A stretch of DNA of 64,000 nt from Chrysomallon squamiferum. Lineage: Eukaryota > Animalia > Mollusca. Of this stretch, positions 61,101-64,000 are shown piece after piece. A program made the translations under genes and the position numbers. The notes beneath the pieces are model-generated. The model saw nothing but the letters and a program-made list of their open reading frames with translations. It ran no database searches and was not told where the DNA came from. The first letter of the stretch is position 1; every line of letters starts with the position of its first letter. The stretch is taken from the NCBI GenBank assembly GCA_012295275.1, contig CM022675.1:14260001-14324000 (forward strand), in the 5' to 3' direction.

Positions 61101-62683
61101 TTCATTCACAAACACTGCTTCATCTGGCTGTGCTTATTTAATATTTAAAATTTAACTGTATCAAAAATGGCTTGAAAAGCCCATCCCGTGGTTTTCAGAT
61201 TTTCTAAAGTGCCACGTAGTGTTGACTGCAATCTGATGGTTAAGTGCAAACACTGCCCTGCACAAATATCACCTCAGGTGTGATCAAGTTGTGTGTTATA
61301 TAGCTGTTGCTGTTATTCGGTGCAATAAGTGCATCAGAATAAAAAGCAAAGGAAAAACAAAGGATTTTTATTTATATTTGACAAAAAGAAAAGTATTTGA
61401 ATTTAAATACATTTCAATATATCTATTGTTATCTCTGATATAATATATATATGTATTGTGTATAAAAGAATGAGGGAAAAATGTAATGATCTGAAAAATG
61501 ATGGAATACACAGGAAGTTATAAATGGTTGATAGATAATAAGTGTAACATTCAATGAGAAATAAACAAGTTAGATGAAAAATATTAACCAAGAACCTAGA
61601 CTGTAGTGTAAAACACTGAGCGAATACAAAGCAGCAGAAGTAAGGTTCAGTAACAACTGGTGAATGCTGAAGATAATTACATTCAGAGAAATAATGAACC
61701 AGCTTGGGGTCCTGACCTCTCAGTCCAGTCATTTGATTTAAATAACCAATAATCTAGAAATTACTGGCAGAATTAACTCTGTAAACTACTGATTAGAGTA
61801 GATGAAAAATACCTTATAAAATTTATAATTAAACCTAAATATCTGTTCTAAATATAAATTCTTCTACTGCACAATATGTCCAAGTATTTTGTTGTTGTTT
61901 AATAGAAATATTTGTAATTCAATACTGGGTATTACTGGCAGTTCATACAATATTTCTAATCTTGTACTGAATACAAATTGAATTGTATTAAATATTATTG
62001 AACCATTAACAACACCAGTTCTTTTCTTAAACAGAACATATCTAACTTCATAAGAGAATATACATATTAATTCACATACGATTGTATTAATATAAATAAT
62101 GTGGGTTATTAAACTTAAAACATCCAAATTTAATAATAATAATAGGTTAGCAAAATTTATATAAAAAAACATTATGAATAACAATTCTGGAAGAATATTA
62201 ACTTTCCCTAGCATGTCTTATACAGTCAGTTTCAAAGTATCTGCAGATCCATGCTTCATACAGTTCTCACAAATGCAAACAATTTGATGGTAATGACTGG
62301 ATAAAGAAGATCTGTGAAAACTTACCCAAATACCAGAGAACAGCACCACCCACCTGTTAAAGCAAAACAGCTATTTGTGTATCATTAAAACTGACACTAA
62401 TCACAGTGGAACATGTTCAGATTGCAGGTAAGAAGAGAATCATGATGGTTTTCTAATACAGCTAATTACACAAAATCAATGGCTGGTCATAACTGTGGTG
62501 TTCTGTGGCGTGAGTAAGTCACAGGTTTAAAGAATCATTATGATGGGTCTGTTTTCACAGAAACATGTTTTTTTTTTTTTTAAACTGAACATTTTATGTA
62601 TCCACCTGTTGAGAGATAATGTGAAATAATGTTTGTAGTCTAACAAGGACTAACGAAAAAAAAAAAAAAAATAATAATTATGA

Positions 62684-62714
<31 letters not shown>

Positions 62715-64000
62715 AGGTAAAACAATAATAATAATAATAAATTTATATAATAAATTCCTGTAAGTTTCTGTAAGTCTTCTCATCTGTTTGTTTTTCTTAA
62801 CTCAGTCAGTGGTTGATGATTTTCACAAAAACCTTTTGCATTTGTATTTGTATAAGTGTATTTAGTACATTACATGCAATACTTTACTTTATGACAGATA
62901 TGTAAATATAGGAATACTGCGTATAGAACAATTATGCTTAAGTTTTGGACTTTTCTACAAATACGAACATTTAAAATAACAATTTTAATCTTTATCTGAT
63001 TTTAATGTAAGTTAATGTTTCTGCAATTTCAAGTATTAATTTCTGTTACTACTGATTTAATTCTAGGACAAACTATTCATATTTATTAATCACCTTACAG
63101 AGTTTAAAATAATGATAAACCCTTTTATTTCAGTTAACATTGAACAAGTGAATTAATCCTTTTTGCTTTATTTTTTTTTTTTAAAAGAAACTTTCTTAAG
63201 CTATTCTGAATAAATCAAACTCTCATATAATGTCTCACTGCTACTGTATCTTATGTTATAAATAACATCACAAATTGCTAAAACCAGAAGGCCATGTAGA
63301 GAACTTCTGACTGGTCTGTATGGTAATGGATATCAGATAAAGAGAATCTTCTTAGTTTGGTAATGGTATCTGACAGTAAGATTTGTTAAAATACTGATTG
63401 AGAGCAAAGTCATCAGTTTTTTTTTTTTTTTCTATACTGCTGGAATCAATATAAGTAGTCCAAGACTGATATATAAACTTTTGGATTATGCTTTATTATT
63501 TATTTATTTTATGTGACTGAAAAACAGAAGTTATTTAAAAAACACTAAATATATCTTCTTCATGTTATGTAACAAGTCCACTACAAAGCTAAAAGGTTAG
63601 TAATATGCATACTGAAAAAATTCTAGGATCACCAAAATAATCCTAGAATTTAAAGCTACTTGTGTATGTAAGACTAGCCTTTTAGTATCCTGAACAGACT
63701 CAGAATATTCTAGACTGCTGTGTACATTAGTGAAGAGTTTCTGTGCTGAAATGGAATAAATTACCTGGAAACAGAGGAAATGAAACAGAGTTCAGTGAAC
63801 GGATGGTGGATATTGAATTTAATTATAGTTTACATACTGTGAAATAAATGGATACACATCCTCCCACACAAAATCGTTAAAGTTAATTTAAATAACCAAA
63901 AAATAAATAAATATCAGTCTGAATGCACTGCACACAAACAAAAACAACATTCATTATTGAAACATTAATCAATAGTGATGTGGTCAGCTAAACAAAACAG

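Noticed and set aside
60880-63800. Slightly GC-richer patches and minus-strand donor-like motifs (about 62320, 63762) as PAQR 5'-UTR exons or promoter
   Set aside because: No ORF or diagnostic motif; cannot be supported without transcript data.

Overview
Eukaryotic, very AT-rich, microsatellite-dense animal DNA. It looks invertebrate, probably lophotrochozoan or molluscan, but that is an inference. Nearly all ORFs in the supplied track are low-complexity artefacts or single exons. Two genes are supported. (1) A cubilin (CUBN) orthologue on the + strand, which I reconstructed by hand as 62 coding exons from 317 to the TAA at 47359-47361. It covers the end of the N-terminal coiled coil, 8 EGF repeats and 27 CUB domains; the 5' end lies upstream of the window. 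It has one apparent +1 frameshift in CUB12 (about 23915) and a garbled CUB16 exon end (about 29917-29966). (2) A convergent PAQR5/mPR-gamma-like gene on the - strand with an intronless CDS (57106-58137). The most unusual pattern is that many intronic minisatellites in cubilin are tandem amplifications of the splice junctions themselves, giving up to 9 decoy acceptors or several decoy donors next to the real site. Also seen: a 747-bp hAT-like non-autonomous element with an 8-bp TSD, displaced copies of an exon end and of the 3' UTR, frequent AAG or purine-rich acceptors, and a compact cluster of nuclear-receptor half-sites between the two genes. No tRNA, rRNA or CRISPR was seen.
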